A stretch of DNA of 64,000 nucleotides from Mesotaenium endlicherianum (lineage: Eukaryota): NCBI GenBank assembly GCA_009602735.1, contig WELA01000963.1, forward strand, positions 278,192 to 342,191. The letters run 5' to 3'. Under the pieces are notes generated by a model. It did no database searches, was not told the DNA's origin, and saw only the letters and a program-made list of their open reading frames with translations. Of the stretch, positions 42,221 through 54,655 are shown one piece after another (the first letter of the stretch is position 1; every line of letters starts with the position of its first letter). The translations under genes were made by a program, and so were the position numbers.

Positions 42221-44775
42221 CTTGCCTCAGTTGGTGTCAACAACCTCCGCCGTTTGAAATGCTCACAGTGGGAGAATTATAGAAAAAGACACGCAATTGC
42301 GCATCAATACCACACTTCCCACACTCTATTCCGTAAGCACAAATGAGCAATTGCTCAATCTCAAAAAGGCTTTGTGAATCACAAATCATCCTCATTGGAC
42401 ACATCGTGTAAAAGAATGAAGAATAATAAGCTTGCATGGGGAAACACAGATGTTCCTCTATATCGTGCTCAAGATTTTCTTACTCCGGAACTCCTAGTCA
42501 TCAAACATCATTTTGCACGAAACAGCATGTGCATGGCTTAGCAAGTGTTCGTTCGATAATCTCCACACATGTTAAGATACATGCAGCTTATTGGATACAT
42601 GCAGTAAGAAGAAGGGGCGGCAAGAGAAGAAATAAAATGTTTAGGAGCCTATGTTTCTCCTATCACGTGAAGGTCTCCGCCAAGTGCCATGCTAGAACTT
42701 TGGCTATTGTTGTCATACCATGTATCTTTGCAAAGGCTGTGCCTCACGTGAGCTTAGATCACCTTCATAGTCGGCATTGGTCGGCACTTGCTCTCTGCAT
42801 GTACGGCGTACGGGCTCCCCCCTAAACGTCGAAAGCGTACGACGTTCGACGACAACAAAGGACATTCAACACTTCCAATGACTCCGTTATTAACCGCCAC
42901 CTTAGTAACAACACGCCACCCATGACGGATGTCATAGTGGAGGCTCAAATAGTGTCGCAAATTAGTTCAACGACGCAAACTACCATTAAACTAAAGAGAT
43001 AATGCTGGATGTCGGAGTGGATCACGAAATTGTGTCATAATCTCCGAGTAATGATGCCAACCATTTCGAATTCGCGATTGCGGATCGAGAGTGGAAGACA
43101 TATAGCAACGTGTCAGCCGCAGACGGCCGGAAAACGCAGCAATTGATTTTGGAGTTCCGTTCGGCTGTGGATCGGCGAGGAGCGCCGGAGAATTTTGCTT
43201 TCCATGGACAACAAAATCCATTTGAGGCCTCAAATAGAACAGAATCCATTGGAACGGGCCGATTCGGCTCGAATGGAAATCCATTTGGTAAAGTGGTCAA
43301 AATGGAAACGGTCTAGCCCATGTCCAATGTCAGGGTGTTTGACAACAATATAAAGGTAACATGTCTGTGGAAATGAATTATCAAAAATACATTTTCCAAA
43401 TGTTGTTAGAGTATTTGTTTTTCCCTCTTTGTATCCTTATTCTTTCGAATTTTGTTTCAGATGATTTGCAATTGAAATAATACTACTTTCATTCACAACC
43501 GTGCTACTCTAGGGCTTAGCCCCTTATACCACTTAGCACTCCCTCATGCTCCCCTCATACATTGTAAGTACATTCTTCTTAATTCTTAGTTGTTTAGCGA
43601 GGGGTGAACAACGATCTTGAGAAAGGACTTGTAAGGCGCCCGGGGATAAATAAGGCAGGTGCGAAAAGAAGTCCCCAACCAAACTTTACTCACGCTTTCA
43701 AGTCATTTACTATCACTTACCAGCTTGATTGGGATATTGACAAAATTTGTACAAACAAGGTGTGTTCTTGAGTGAACAGATTGGTGCATCAAATATTATA
43801 GGTACTTGAAAGTAGTCACAATAGTGACTAAGTTGACATGAGCCGTACGTAGATTAGTAACAACACGTCAGAAGTCGCGTCAACTCAGCGAAATTTACAT
43901 GTAAATGCGAATTCAACCCTTTTAAGACCAACAAATATAACTTTGTATCAAAAGCGTTAGATGGCACACAAAGCAGCGGCGTCAAAACATACTTGACTTG
44001 TATAGTTTGCCGTTGGAATAGCTCTTCCAATAGGACGTGGCCCACCGTGACAGAGCGGGCAAAGTGGCCCACTAACACGCACTTGTCAACAGTTGCCTCA
44101 CTATACTATTGAAGCAATGCTTTTCTGTAAGCAACAGTGACATTGATACGCATGGATGCCGATTGCAAGTCAGTGCATAAAGGTAGCAAGGTGTAAGAAG
44201 GTATGAATATAGGCAGTTGTGGAGGCCTGATGGTAGTTTGTGTAGAATGTGGACAAATATAGTATTTAGAACTCTAGCGCTCTAGTATCTAGACTATGCT
44301 TAGCCATGCTAGGCCGTATTCAATGAAGTTGACATGTATAAGTGCCGTACAGTATTGTACACCACTGTAATAGGCGACCAGCTGCGACTCTGGTCTGACG
44401 GTATCGTGTGAAACCACGTGGTACATGGGAATCTTCCAGCCTACAATTTGAGGATGCCTTTTTTCCAGTTTGTAACACAGTGCCAGTTGACCATGCTTCG
44501 ACAATGAGCAGTTGGTCATGGCGGAACAGAAACTTCGTTCCTGAGCTGCACTTGGAGACAGTATAGTCTGAAGTTTTCCTCTTCGTGTCGTTGGTCATGA
44601 TAACTTGCGTCCGAAGAATGAGAGATATTCGCTGATGGGCATTTTTGTACATTTGAGTATTGCTAGCTCAGGTTTCGCTTGCTGGGCCTAGCTCCGAAAT
44701 TTGAGATGCCAACCAGGTTGAAGTACCGTGCCAGTTAAAGTTAGTAGTCAATACCTTTTTGGTTCTTCTCTGAAT

Positions 44776-46216
44776 ATGGCCATTAGGATTGCAGAACCTG
44801 CGAGTACAGTACTGTGGCGCCTCCTTCCTGAATTTGATTTGCCGCATAAAAATTACCAAGTGCGCTCAACATGTCCACGTGCACAACTGAAATGCTCGGC
44901 CGTTCTGAGGAAGAAATACTTGGTGGATAATTACTTACCTATGAGCATGAATTTTTCGTCCTTGAAGGCAGCATATAATTGCAAAAGAGGTATGCTTTTC
45001 TTATCCCTTCTTTAGAGATGGACAGCTCGTTATATCAAATAAAATATATAATGAGGTGCCCACAGCAATAGGTTGCCTGGTAGATTCGTAGAGGCTTTAG
45101 TTAAATGTTGTTGAGCAAACATCATCATGTTCTGTGACTTACCGTGAGGCACGTTAATCATGTGGCTCTTCTGGAGTTTTAGCTCTTATCACCTTTATCA
45201 ACGTAGCTACCTCGCAATGGTTGTGAAATTTGATCTGAGTGCATGTGTCGGCCCATTGGGACTAGTAAACTAGGAAAAGGTTAAGCTTAACATGAATTGA
45301 TAGTCTGCTCCTTGATTTGAAATCTGCTTGTTGTACCGCATCTACAGGTCTTGATGCCAGACACAACAAGCACGTTTGCTGTCGTGCATCGAACAATGAC
45401 ACTGCACTAGACGGGCAGCCATCACCAGAAGATGATGGGCCGGATTCCTCACTCCTACATAACAAGGAGTATCTCCCGCTGCCTCCTGAAACAGACTGGC
45501 GAGCCTTTCGCGCTCACTTGGTAGCATCAGAACAGGAGCAAGGTGATGCAGAGGGGACAGTTAACGTGGAATCTGCTAACCAAGGAACTACCAGGGTTCC
45601 ACCACCCAAAGGGCAGAAGGCAAAGAGATGGGCTCATGCTATACATGAACCGGAGAGAGGATGCCTGCTTGTCGCATCCCCTCGACTTGATGGCTATGCG
45701 TTTTTTGAGAGATCCGTCATCCTCCTTCTTAATACAGGAGGCCTGGATGGGCCCTATGGGCTTGTGTTGAACAAACCATATGCTCGCAAAGTGTTTGGCA
45801 TCAAGGGTCTCAACCCCATCATTTCAGAAACTTTCGGCCCTTGTCAGGTCAACGTAGGGGGGCCAATAGATGACAGGCGATTCCTGCTGCTGCACGGGGT
45901 TAGGGATGTCAGCGGCTTTGACGAAGTGATGCCCGGTGCCTATTTTGGCGGAGCTCGAGGCATGGATGCCGCGGTGTCTCTGGTGAAGAGGGGCCTTGCT
46001 GATCCGGAGGACTTCAGCTTGTACTTTGGGTACGCAGGGTGGGACTCTGCCCAGCTAGCCAGAGAAATTGCGCTAGGCTGGTGGTATGTGGCAGCTTGTA
46101 GCACCGAGATAGTGCTCAAGGAACCGAGGGAAAACCTGTGGGAGGACATCTTGGAACTCATGGGGGGGCAGTACAGGCAACTGAAGAGAAAGTTGAGAGG
46201 AGAAGCTTCAGAGTAG
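44776..46216 (+). CDS. DUF179 / YqgE-AlgH (UPF0301) family protein, plant type. Exons approx. 44776-44989 and 45348-46216
   Basis: DWRAFRAHLV, WAHAIHEPERGCLLVA, FERSVILLL, GLVLNKP, GGP, GYAGWDSAQLAREI..WW and LWEDILELMGGQY. Phase-1 GT-AG intron; the start codon is tentative. Confidence 0.9.
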
Positions 46217-48370
46217 GTCATGATTGTGAGCTGTCACTTTTGGTGATTATGATTGTCATGGTGGGAGTATGAGCTTATGGCTTCTCCAGTACAAATTAGT
46301 TTTATGTGCCAGGTAGTATATTGTAAATAAGAACAAGGTTGTAACATACATGGTAGGACAAAGCGGCAGGCTGGCAGCCCTAAGCACGTCGAAGGCCTTC
46401 TTGGTCCGATGACTTTTAGTCCAGAGGCTCTAGTTGTGGTCTGGAGGTAGAAAGTTAGGCATGTAGGTTCAAGCATGTCCTAGATAGGGAAACGTTGCAT
46501 CTACAAAACAAAGGGAGTAAGGAGTTTCGTTGTCTCAAGGTCAGCATTGATTATTGCTTTCCTAGAGAATGAACAACATGCATAGTTGGTGGGCATACAT
46601 AACGCTTAGTAAAATTTTTGAAAGCACTCAGTGAGTCAAGGGTATCATAGCGGCCAGCTTAGAAGAAGTCTGCTTCTATAACTGTAACTTTTTGATATAA
46701 CTTTTGAGCAGATTATGCGGCAGAATACTTACAGGACAAAGAGCACAAAGCCACTAATCTAGTTTGTTAATGAAGTCGCCGTCAATTGCAAGTAAGGCCA
46801 ACAAGGGTAGCAGTATCTCTTTGAGAGCAGTAGTCACCAGTTTGTGGTAACCTGTTTGTGCCTTGAAAATCTTGAAGTGACCTCTTGAAGTTCAACACTC
46901 GAGTCTATCGTCCTAATTGTCCTGGAAGGGACATCGAATTTAGCTGGGTTCAAAAACTTGCTTCGTTCTTGCTATAATGGAATGATTGAAGTGGTGTACA
47001 TAGTCGGGCACCTTTTTGCTTGATAACTTAGATTCGAATTGTTTGATAATTAAAGTGCTTGAAGAATTCATTGGAGAAGCTTTGGAAGGGATGATAGGAG
47101 TAGTAATTTGCTACGTTGCGCATGTTGTGCTTGATTTAACTTCCTAGTCCGACTCTGCTTAGTTACTTCCGCTTCTTATCTGAGCTAGGTACGACGCATG
47201 TGACGAGCAACTCGAGCGGATATTTGCTACCTTGCTCCTATTCTAATGGTGCCTAATGACAAAATCCAATCCTATCGATTAGTCCATACGGTATTTCTCG
47301 TGCTATGTTGCTCTCACAAGGGTTGGACGACTACCGCGCGAACTAATCGATGCCGACGTTGGCAACCTTGGTGCATCCCTCACCAGAATGGAAAGCGAAC
47401 AAATTCCTGATGTTTTTTGTGCTAGGCATGACAATTATGTCAATTCCCGGTGGTGACTTCGGATCACACCGTATCATTTTGGTTAGCTTTGCGGGCTAAT
47501 GTGCGTCCGTTGTGTGATTGGGGGGGTGCGGAGGGTAAGTGTGGCTTTCATATTCTTTTTCTACTAGACTCTAAAATAATAGATTTGACAATTTGTGTTC
47601 AAATTGCCTGATTTTGAAAGCAAGAAGGTGATTTTAGAAAAGAAAAGTAGGAGTAGTAGTATGCTACAAATTGCGCGTCGTCTGTTCTTGTCTAGTCCTT
47701 TCCTACATGCTGCTACGCTTATCTGTACTTGACTAATTAAGAACAATACAAAGAGGTCAAAACAACTATAATCCAGCTCCTAAACAACACTATGGATTGG
47801 CAACTGCACTCTTGCTATGTTGAGGTTGTCCGTCGAATCGCCGCCGTTGGTTACTACCAATTGACAAGACACATTGTAACACTAACAACAACAACCACAC
47901 TATTGTGCATGGCGAAGACTATTGCTGGCACCAACTTCGTTGCCTGCCTCGTGCCTCTCCCCGTGGAGTGGAGGGTTAGAGGGGTGGGTGGGTGGGTATG
48001 TGTAGCAGCTACCTTCCNAGTGGAGGGTTAGAGGGGTGGGTGGGTGGGTATGTGTAGCAACTACCTTCCTGCTGCAATGAGGCTTCTTTGCAACAAGAAT
48101 CCTTATGAGGGTTTTGTTTGTCGATGGGACACAACACGTGTGAAATCGATCAAATTTTGAACACTTGAAATGTCGCAAACCTTCAATTTGACAATTTGTG
48201 TTCAAATTGCCTGATTTCGGAAGAAAGAAGGTGATATTAGAAAGATTAGTAGGAGTATTAGTATGCAATATTAATAGCATACAAGGTACTTCTAGGCTAG
48301 TGTAGTGGTTAGCATAGAAGTTGGGTCACATCTAGGTAGCGGCCCCCACGGGTCGTACTACATGGTAATG

Positions 48371-49369
48371 CTACTTGCATCTAAAAGCTGCTAGAATCTG
48401 CTCTTGGCCATAGGGAGCAACGCTAGCATCGTCAGGGATGGCTATGGCTCGGGCAGCGGATGCCAGTGACTGCTGCAGGTGAAGCACGTATGGCTCTTTT
48501 TCTCGAGCAGATTTCCATCTGCCCATAGTTTGGGCTACGGCATCCGAGACGCCCAAGTTGGCGGCCGCTGTGGCGGCTCCCATTCGCAAGGAGTGCGTAT
48601 CCATGATCTGTGTAAGGCCCACCGATGCGAATAGTTCCTTGCACCACTTATTCACAGTGGCGTGCGAGGCGGGCTGAAGAGATGGTCTGCCAGAAGCCTG
48701 TATATGCCGGATTAGAGGTCCATCGAGAGCATACTCTGGTATCTCCGCCACTAACCTACACAACATTTTGACTGGGCACCACTTGGAGTTGCTTGCGTGC
48801 AGGGCACCCCATGCGCCCTCACCAATTTGGTCCGTCTTGGAGGACGGGAGGTGCAAGTAAATGGCTGTGATGTTTGGACCACCCGTGATGTCGAGATCTT
48901 GAATTCTGGTTTTGGCCAGATCTGAGTATCGCAGACGAGCACTATACATGAGCATCATCGCGGCCACCTTCATGAGCAATGCGGCGGTGGCACCTGGCCC
49001 TGCGTGCTTTTCAAAAATCGCAGTGAGGGTGCATGGTGCGACCTGCATCATGGTGTGCTTGGGTCTGGGCAGCAACCTCTGCGCTGCTTTTCTAAGGGTA
49101 CTGATTCTGTCGTGCAATGTGGGGCTAGGTAGCTCCGCTAGTCGATGCACACAAAAGATTGCAGCCGATGACAAATGGTATGTAGACCAGGTGACACGCT
49201 CCTGGATGAGATACAAGCAGTAGAGCCTGATCACCTCGACCGACGCCGGAAGATCCTGCAGCTTATGCATTTCGCACCACCGTTGAAAACGCATCCAGTA
49301 AGTGTTGTAGGTACGCAGACTGGTAGGCGCGATAGTGTGGAGCAACACGTCCACGCTCGTGGCTTCCAA
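48371..49369 (-). CDS. Tyrosine recombinase of the DIRS element
   Basis: 332-aa ORF with RLRYSDL, SKTDQ, HSLRMGAAT and GRWKS...Y. Confidence 0.95.
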   Translation of the reverse strand: MEATSVDVLLHTIAPTSLRTYNTYWMRFQRWCEMHKLQDLPASVEVIRLYCLYLIQERVTWSTYHLSSAAIFCVHRLAELPSPTLHDRISTLRKAAQRLLPRPKHTMMQVAPCTLTAIFEKHAGPGATAALLMKVAAMMLMYSARLRYSDLAKTRIQDLDITGGPNITAIYLHLPSSKTDQIGEGAWGALHASNSKWCPVKMLCRLVAEIPEYALDGPLIRHIQASGRPSLQPASHATVNKWCKELFASVGLTQIMDTHSLRMGAATAAANLGVSDAVAQTMGRWKSAREKEPYVLHLQQSLASAARAIAIPDDASVAPYGQEQILAAFRCK

Positions 49370-49416
49370 GGCTTGTAAGGCCGGATTTTCAAAAAATCGA
49401 TATTTTGCTCAACACC

Positions 49417-50364
49417 TCATACACCCAGGCGTAAGGCTAGCACCATGCACAGAGGGATGCCCTTGCCCCCAAACGCAGCCTTGTCTGTGCCTGGCAACAA
49501 AATTGAGGAGCTATAGCCTAGCGGAATGCTCGCCTGCACACAATCTATCCACTCCGCATCGATATCTGGCAACCACGGCCACCAGCTGGCTGACTGCCAC
49601 TGGAGTATCACTAGCGTGCATTTGGCCTTGCATCGCAGCACGTGGTCGACTACTGGAACGACCATCTGAGGTAGTGGAAGTTTTCGCCTGCCAGTGCTCG
49701 GTGAGGGCATTTATGACCTCAGCACACACCTCTAGCTACCTAGGTTGAACCTCAACAGGCACGTGTTGCTTGCTGTGGCAAATCTATCGACCGAATGCGG
49801 CCCCCATTCTGCTTCTAGTCTTTGAAAGGCCTCCTGGCGGAGGAAAAAATGGTCCAAGTCTTTCCGCTTAGAGAGCTCGTCTGCCACTGCATTCAATTCC
49901 CTAGGAATCCACTCTATGAACAAGTTGAGCTGGTGTCTCATACCAAATACTTGAGCACAAGCATTTGCTAAATCTGCCTTAGTTGAGCCGCCTTTTCTCA
50001 AAACATAATACATTGCTTGGCTGTCGACGCGCAAGAGCGCTTGTCGCCTGTCTATCACTTGGATGGCTTTATCCAACGCTGCCTTTGTGGCAAGTATGTC
50101 CCTTAATGTTGACGATCCCCCGATGCTAGTAGCGGGGAGTGGGCCTAGCAATTCCCACGTCTGCCCTGAGGCCACCGATCTCAGTACTGCGCCCCATGTG
50201 GTCACGCTAGCGTCGGTGTGCATGAAAAAATCAGGGGCCATGGTGGCCCGAATGGGAGCACCATTGAATTTGTCAAAGTGCTCCTCCCAAAAGCCATGCC
50301 ATCCCAGGTAAACCCCTAGTTGATAACAGTGTACATATGGCGTGTGTACATGCCCGCGGTGCAC
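49417..50364 (-). pseudogene. RNase H plus DIRS-type adenine-methyltransferase-like domain, disrupted
   Basis: HTDAS..WGA, LRVDSQ, EWIPRELNAVADELS, WGPHSVDRFA..N..RFN and TLVILQWQSASWWP, across frameshifts and a stop. Confidence 0.85.
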
Positions 50365-50450
50365 CCAAAAGCCACCTTCATGGAAATTAGCTGGCCTGCT
50401 AATGATGCTATTGTTCTAATGCGCACGATACTGGTCCTGTGGGCCATAGC

Positions 50451-51500
50451 TCAAACGTGGAGGAGTGTTAGCAGGAGCTTTTCCTTGCGCGTCTTGCAAA
50501 TGTGCACCCAAAGTTTACGAGTGTCTATCACAATACCCAAGAACTGTGTGATTTTTGAACACGTAAGTACTGCCTTCTGCATATTCAGCACGAATCCTGC
50601 TAGTGCAAGTTCGCCGAACACCAGCCGCATTGTTCGCGTGTGGGCGTCCTCACTGGGACAGCTCACCAGAAAATCGTCTAGATATGCTATGACTCGTATC
50701 CCCATCTGCCTCCACCTTCCCACCATCTCTTTCACCACTCGTGTGAATACGTAAGATGCGATCACAAGTCCGAATGGGAGACATGTGAAAGTGTAAATCT
50801 TCTTATCCAGCTCGAACCCCAAGAACGTATGTGCATCTTCGTGCATCTTGACGTGATGATAGCCAGACTTGAGGTCAATGGTAAACACGAAGTCGTCTAC
50901 GTGCACGACATCGACTAACTTATCCAACCCCTCATACTTAAATTTTACTTTTTTCAACGCTTTGTTCACGTGGCGCAGGTCATGAATTAATCGTAACTTC
51001 TTGCCCTTGACCACGTTCAGGGGGCATATGCAGTATGGGAGGCCTGGGAGAGTCCACTCTCTGGCAGCCCCGGAGGCTACTAGCTCCCCCACTGACTCAC
51101 GGGCAAACTGTATGTGTTTCTCCACACCTTCATGGTTGTGCTGGTGATGCCGAGGTGCAGTATGCGTGTCCCACACCAACTTGTAGCCACTCTCGATGGT
51201 AGAGAGGACTAACGAAGACGTACACCAACGTTTCCACCAGGCAACATTTGCTCCCAAATTTCCTGCAACCACGGTTGCTTTTGGTGGTACCGTCGATTCG
51301 GTGCCGTCCGACTGCACGGCTTCTTCCTTCCGCCCCAAGTACACTTGGAGTTCATGTTCGAAATCCTTCTCGTCGCTCACAAAATTACCTATGACCCAAC
51401 ACACGATATAGCATACCCGCGGTTGGTCTTGGCCACGATGCCTCGAACGTGTCAACGATTGATTGGCATCCTTCATTACCCTGCTCCGCAATTGCAGCAT
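50451..51500 (-). CDS. Reverse transcriptase of the DIRS element, frame broken before RNase H
   Basis: KLRLIHDLRHVN, IDLKSGYHH, LPFGL, YLDDFL and FLGIVID. Confidence 0.92.
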   Translation of the reverse strand: MLQLRSRVMKDANQSLTRSRHRGQDQPRVCYIVCWVIGNFVSDEKDFEHELQVYLGRKEEAVQSDGTESTVPPKATVVAGNLGANVAWWKRWCTSSLVLSTIESGYKLVWDTHTAPRHHQHNHEGVEKHIQFARESVGELVASGAAREWTLPGLPYCICPLNVVKGKKLRLIHDLRHVNKALKKVKFKYEGLDKLVDVVHVDDFVFTIDLKSGYHHVKMHEDAHTFLGFELDKKIYTFTCLPFGLVIASYVFTRVVKEMVGRWRQMGIRVIAYLDDFLVSCPSEDAHTRTMRLVFGELALAGFVLNMQKAVLTCSKITQFLGIVIDTRKLWVHICKTRKEKLLLTLLHV

Positions 51501-51854
51501 CGGGGTACGCTATGCATGCACCGGCGACAGACTTGTGTGGCACATGTGTGCACCCTTTCGACATCGCATTGCAGCCCCTGTATACGCGGCGATCCAAACT
51601 CCATAGGAGTGATCCCAATCGTGCTCCCACTGCCAATGCCTATATGGCTGGCAGGAGCCTTCATGCATACTTGCGCCAGTTTGCGTGCATTCAATTTGTG
51701 CTTTGAAAACGTTTTGCCCACACTCCTCTGGCCTATAGCAACCTTGCAATACAACGCGCCAGTGCTCGAGGGGCGACACGCCAACAACAAAACACCAGCC
51801 GCGAGAACCAACGCTCAATGAGAGTGGTCTCCATCCGTGCGCAATCTGCCAGCG

Positions 51855-53117
51855 TGTAATGAATCAGTTTATTATTTATTTAATTAATTGCATATATAAA
51901 TGTAACACTAAAGAAGTATTATGTCTGTATACTCACATGTGCGAGTTCATCTAAATGAATGTATGTCGATGTAATGCGAGTTTACTTACTTTGTTGAAAA
52001 GGTCAGCAGGATGACTTTTGTATCATAGTGTGGTTTGCTGACATTGTTGAAAAGGTCAGCAGGATGACTTTTGTATCATAGTATAGTCTGCTGAGATTTA
52101 TATATCAGTTATATACAGGATATAATATCAGTAGGTTGACATATAGTAAGCTCGCTTGATATTCGTCAATATACTTAGCTTCAGTACGCTGAGGATAGAC
52201 ATATTCATTTAGATTGTTATTTCTGGATTGGCACATGTGACCGTAGTATACTGAAAGTCGGGAGGGCGACTGAGATTCGGTAAACCGATGTCCTACCAGT
52301 GTGGTTAACTCCTGGGTAGGCGGAGCCGTCGTCAGTCAACTGAACAGTTAGGACTTCAGTCAACCGACCAATTAATATGGTCGTTATACCTAGATCCGTG
52401 GGTCCCAACTTAACGGGTTTCCCACGAAACGGCGCACCTTGCGCCGTGGTCAACCAGGTGGTCACTAGGTACATAGCAGGCTGGGATCTCGTGGTCCCTC
52501 ATTCTGGACAGTAGGCTTTACAGTCGGATTTCTACTTGCAAGTGATGTGTGCACTTTTTGGGTTCGTTCTAATGACCAGCCTTCACGGAAATTGCCATGG
52601 CTGATTCGTTTGCGCTCCATTTGGAGCAAACTAGGACTTCTCGGAAAGTTCTCGTCAAGATGCATCTGTTGCCGTTGAGTTTGCTCAATTTGGAGTAGTA
52701 TTGACAGAGTTATGCCCTCTGACATTTCGGGGTCACACAACGGACAGATTCCATGGTTTTTGCACCTAAGTCAGTGGGATGTGTTTGAGCTACTTTATGG
52801 TCATCTGAATGAGAGCGCCTTTGCTATTCAGTCCCTTGATGTTGTGTATGTGCTTACACATGCTTGTATGCCTGGTAGGCAAGAGGTCAGGTGTTTCTAA
52901 AGGAGAAGCTCTAGTCCTCAAGCTCGCCTCTTTCTTGTGCCTTGTATTCGTGTGCAACTATGGCACACTACGATAAGTGAGTCAAGGGCTATAGATGAGT
53001 AAACGGAATTCATTATAAGGGCGAAGATCGCTCCCTGATTTCACACGCTTCCACCTATCTCTGATCTTTTATATTTAAATGAAATATATTAATCTTGAAT
53101 AAGCAAGATTCATTTCA
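51855..53117. mobile_element. Solo LTR (1263 bp) nested in the DIRS element, TSD CAGCG
   Basis: CAGCG|TGTAATGAATC ... GATTCATTTCA|CAGCG; terminal inverted match 10/11; non-coding; internal ~39-bp duplication at 51991/52045. Confidence 0.85.
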
Positions 53118-53739
53118 CAGCGCCTAGGAGGCCTGAAGGGGCTTTCTTCCACCCACGCACATCCATACGTGCGGCGTACGTCCCTCGATAAGAGGGACAT
53201 GCATCATCCGCCTACTATTGTGCCCAACGAGCAAACTAATGCAACGGTAACTATAACAACCAACAATACAGCCAAACTATATTTACGACAAACACCATTA
53301 TGTATGCAACGACCACAAGCAAGAACCGAGTCAACAACCAATCAAACATAACCAATAGCAACAATAACAAATATTTGTGGAGTCCTAGGCCTGGTATCCC
53401 ACCCACATCCAACAATGTTATGCTCCTTAACGTGAGCATGTGCACCCAAATGTCCAGGGAGCCTACGTGGCCAACCAATGCAGCAACAATTTTGCCAATA
53501 AAAAATAATGAAAAATAATCATACCAATGATTTATATTGTCCATGGAGGCCAAAGGCCTAGTTAACAATGTCCAACTACTCACACTCCAAATAACAAAAA
53601 ATGCTATTAACGCTGGGGCTGGCCATAAGGCACCTGGGGCGGCCCATAAGGTCCCTGGAAGTTTGCTACCTGAGCAGGTGCTAGCAAAGGCTGCCTCTGT
53701 TGGGAGCCTGGGCCATTAGGTGGCCCCGAAGGGAGAAAA

Positions 53740-54655
53740 CAAGATGTGTGGCCTACCATGTGGCAGTGCCAGCAGCTCAAGTCATTCCTTAACATCCTAG
53801 GAGCGCGGGGGTTAGCCTTAAACGCATACGGGCTGGCCCGTGGTTTGAGGCTACTAAATCAAACTTCCTCTCCTCCTCTTTGTCCTTCTTACTCTTAGCC
53901 ACTTGCTTTTGGACCCAATTCTCCCAATCCTCGCTCTCATCCTTAGTTTGCATGGACTTGACAACCTCATTAATCACAGGCCAGCTATGCAACTCCGCGG
54001 AAATGATTTGCTTTTGCCGAAAAGTTATCAAAGACAAACCTTCAGTGAGCGCGCTTTGGGCCGCTTCAATGTCTTCCTTGTCCAGCGCATCTTGGGCGTT
54101 GTGGCACAGCCCTGCGAGGTTGTTCATGACCTTCATTTGGGCGCGGTTGCCCTCAGACAACTTGACCACACCTGCAACCTCACTTTTCCTCTTGAGCCGC
54201 TTGAGCTGCTGCAGGATGTCCGCCCCTGCTCCCTTGCCATCGTGAGCTCGCGAGACCTTGCTTTGCGCTACTTTGCTCACTGCCTGCTGTAACTTGGCCA
54301 TTTCGAGATGAGCAGCGTGCTGCGCAGCTTTGAGCTCAGCCGCTTCCGCCTTGCTGAGCTCGGCCTGCTCGCTTTCGTACTCTTTAAGGAACTCTGCATG
54401 TAATTTGGCGATTTCGTCAGCAGTAAGCTGGCTCGCTACGCTCACCCTACTGATGTCGATAATCTGCTCGACATTGACCTGCTCGCCATCATTGCGTAAG
54501 TCGCTCGGGCCTCCCTCGCTTCCCTCACCTCTCTCCGTCATCGCTTGTAAGTGAGCAAACATGTCCGCGTCTCGAGTGTTCGCAGATATATAGTACTCTA
54601 TCAAGCGATTTTGTATGCCTGACATAAGATTGTTTGAGTAAGTCTCGGCATGCAA
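53740..54655 (-). CDS. Gag-like ORF1 of the DIRS element, with a frameshifted zinc-knuckle remnant
   Basis: 288-aa helical ORF directly after repeat A1 (EGNRAQ..RQKQIISAE..W). CWHCHMVGH lies in the adjacent frame. Confidence 0.75.

Larger units (their letters stand above)
14865..43337. mobile_element. Putative giant CACTA/EnSpm (CMC, Plavaka-like) DNA transposon, ~28.5 kb including the nested gypsy element
   Basis: TTT|CACCCTGA at 14865 and TCAGGGTG|TTT ending at 43337. AATGGA/TCCATT and TGGATCGGC motifs cluster at both ends. Encloses a CMC-type transposase. AT-rich DNA lies outside both ends. Confidence 0.72.

Noticed and set aside
14865..43337. Endogenous giant virus or Polinton/virophage
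   Set aside because: No recognisable capsid, packaging ATPase, PolB or primase motifs. The only mobility gene of the large element is a CMC transposase.
47968..48068. ~50-bp tandem duplication (agtggagggttagaggggtgggtggg...ctaccttcc)
   Set aside because: The copies are separated by a single n at 48018, typical of overlapping contig ends at a scaffold join; likely an assembly artefact.
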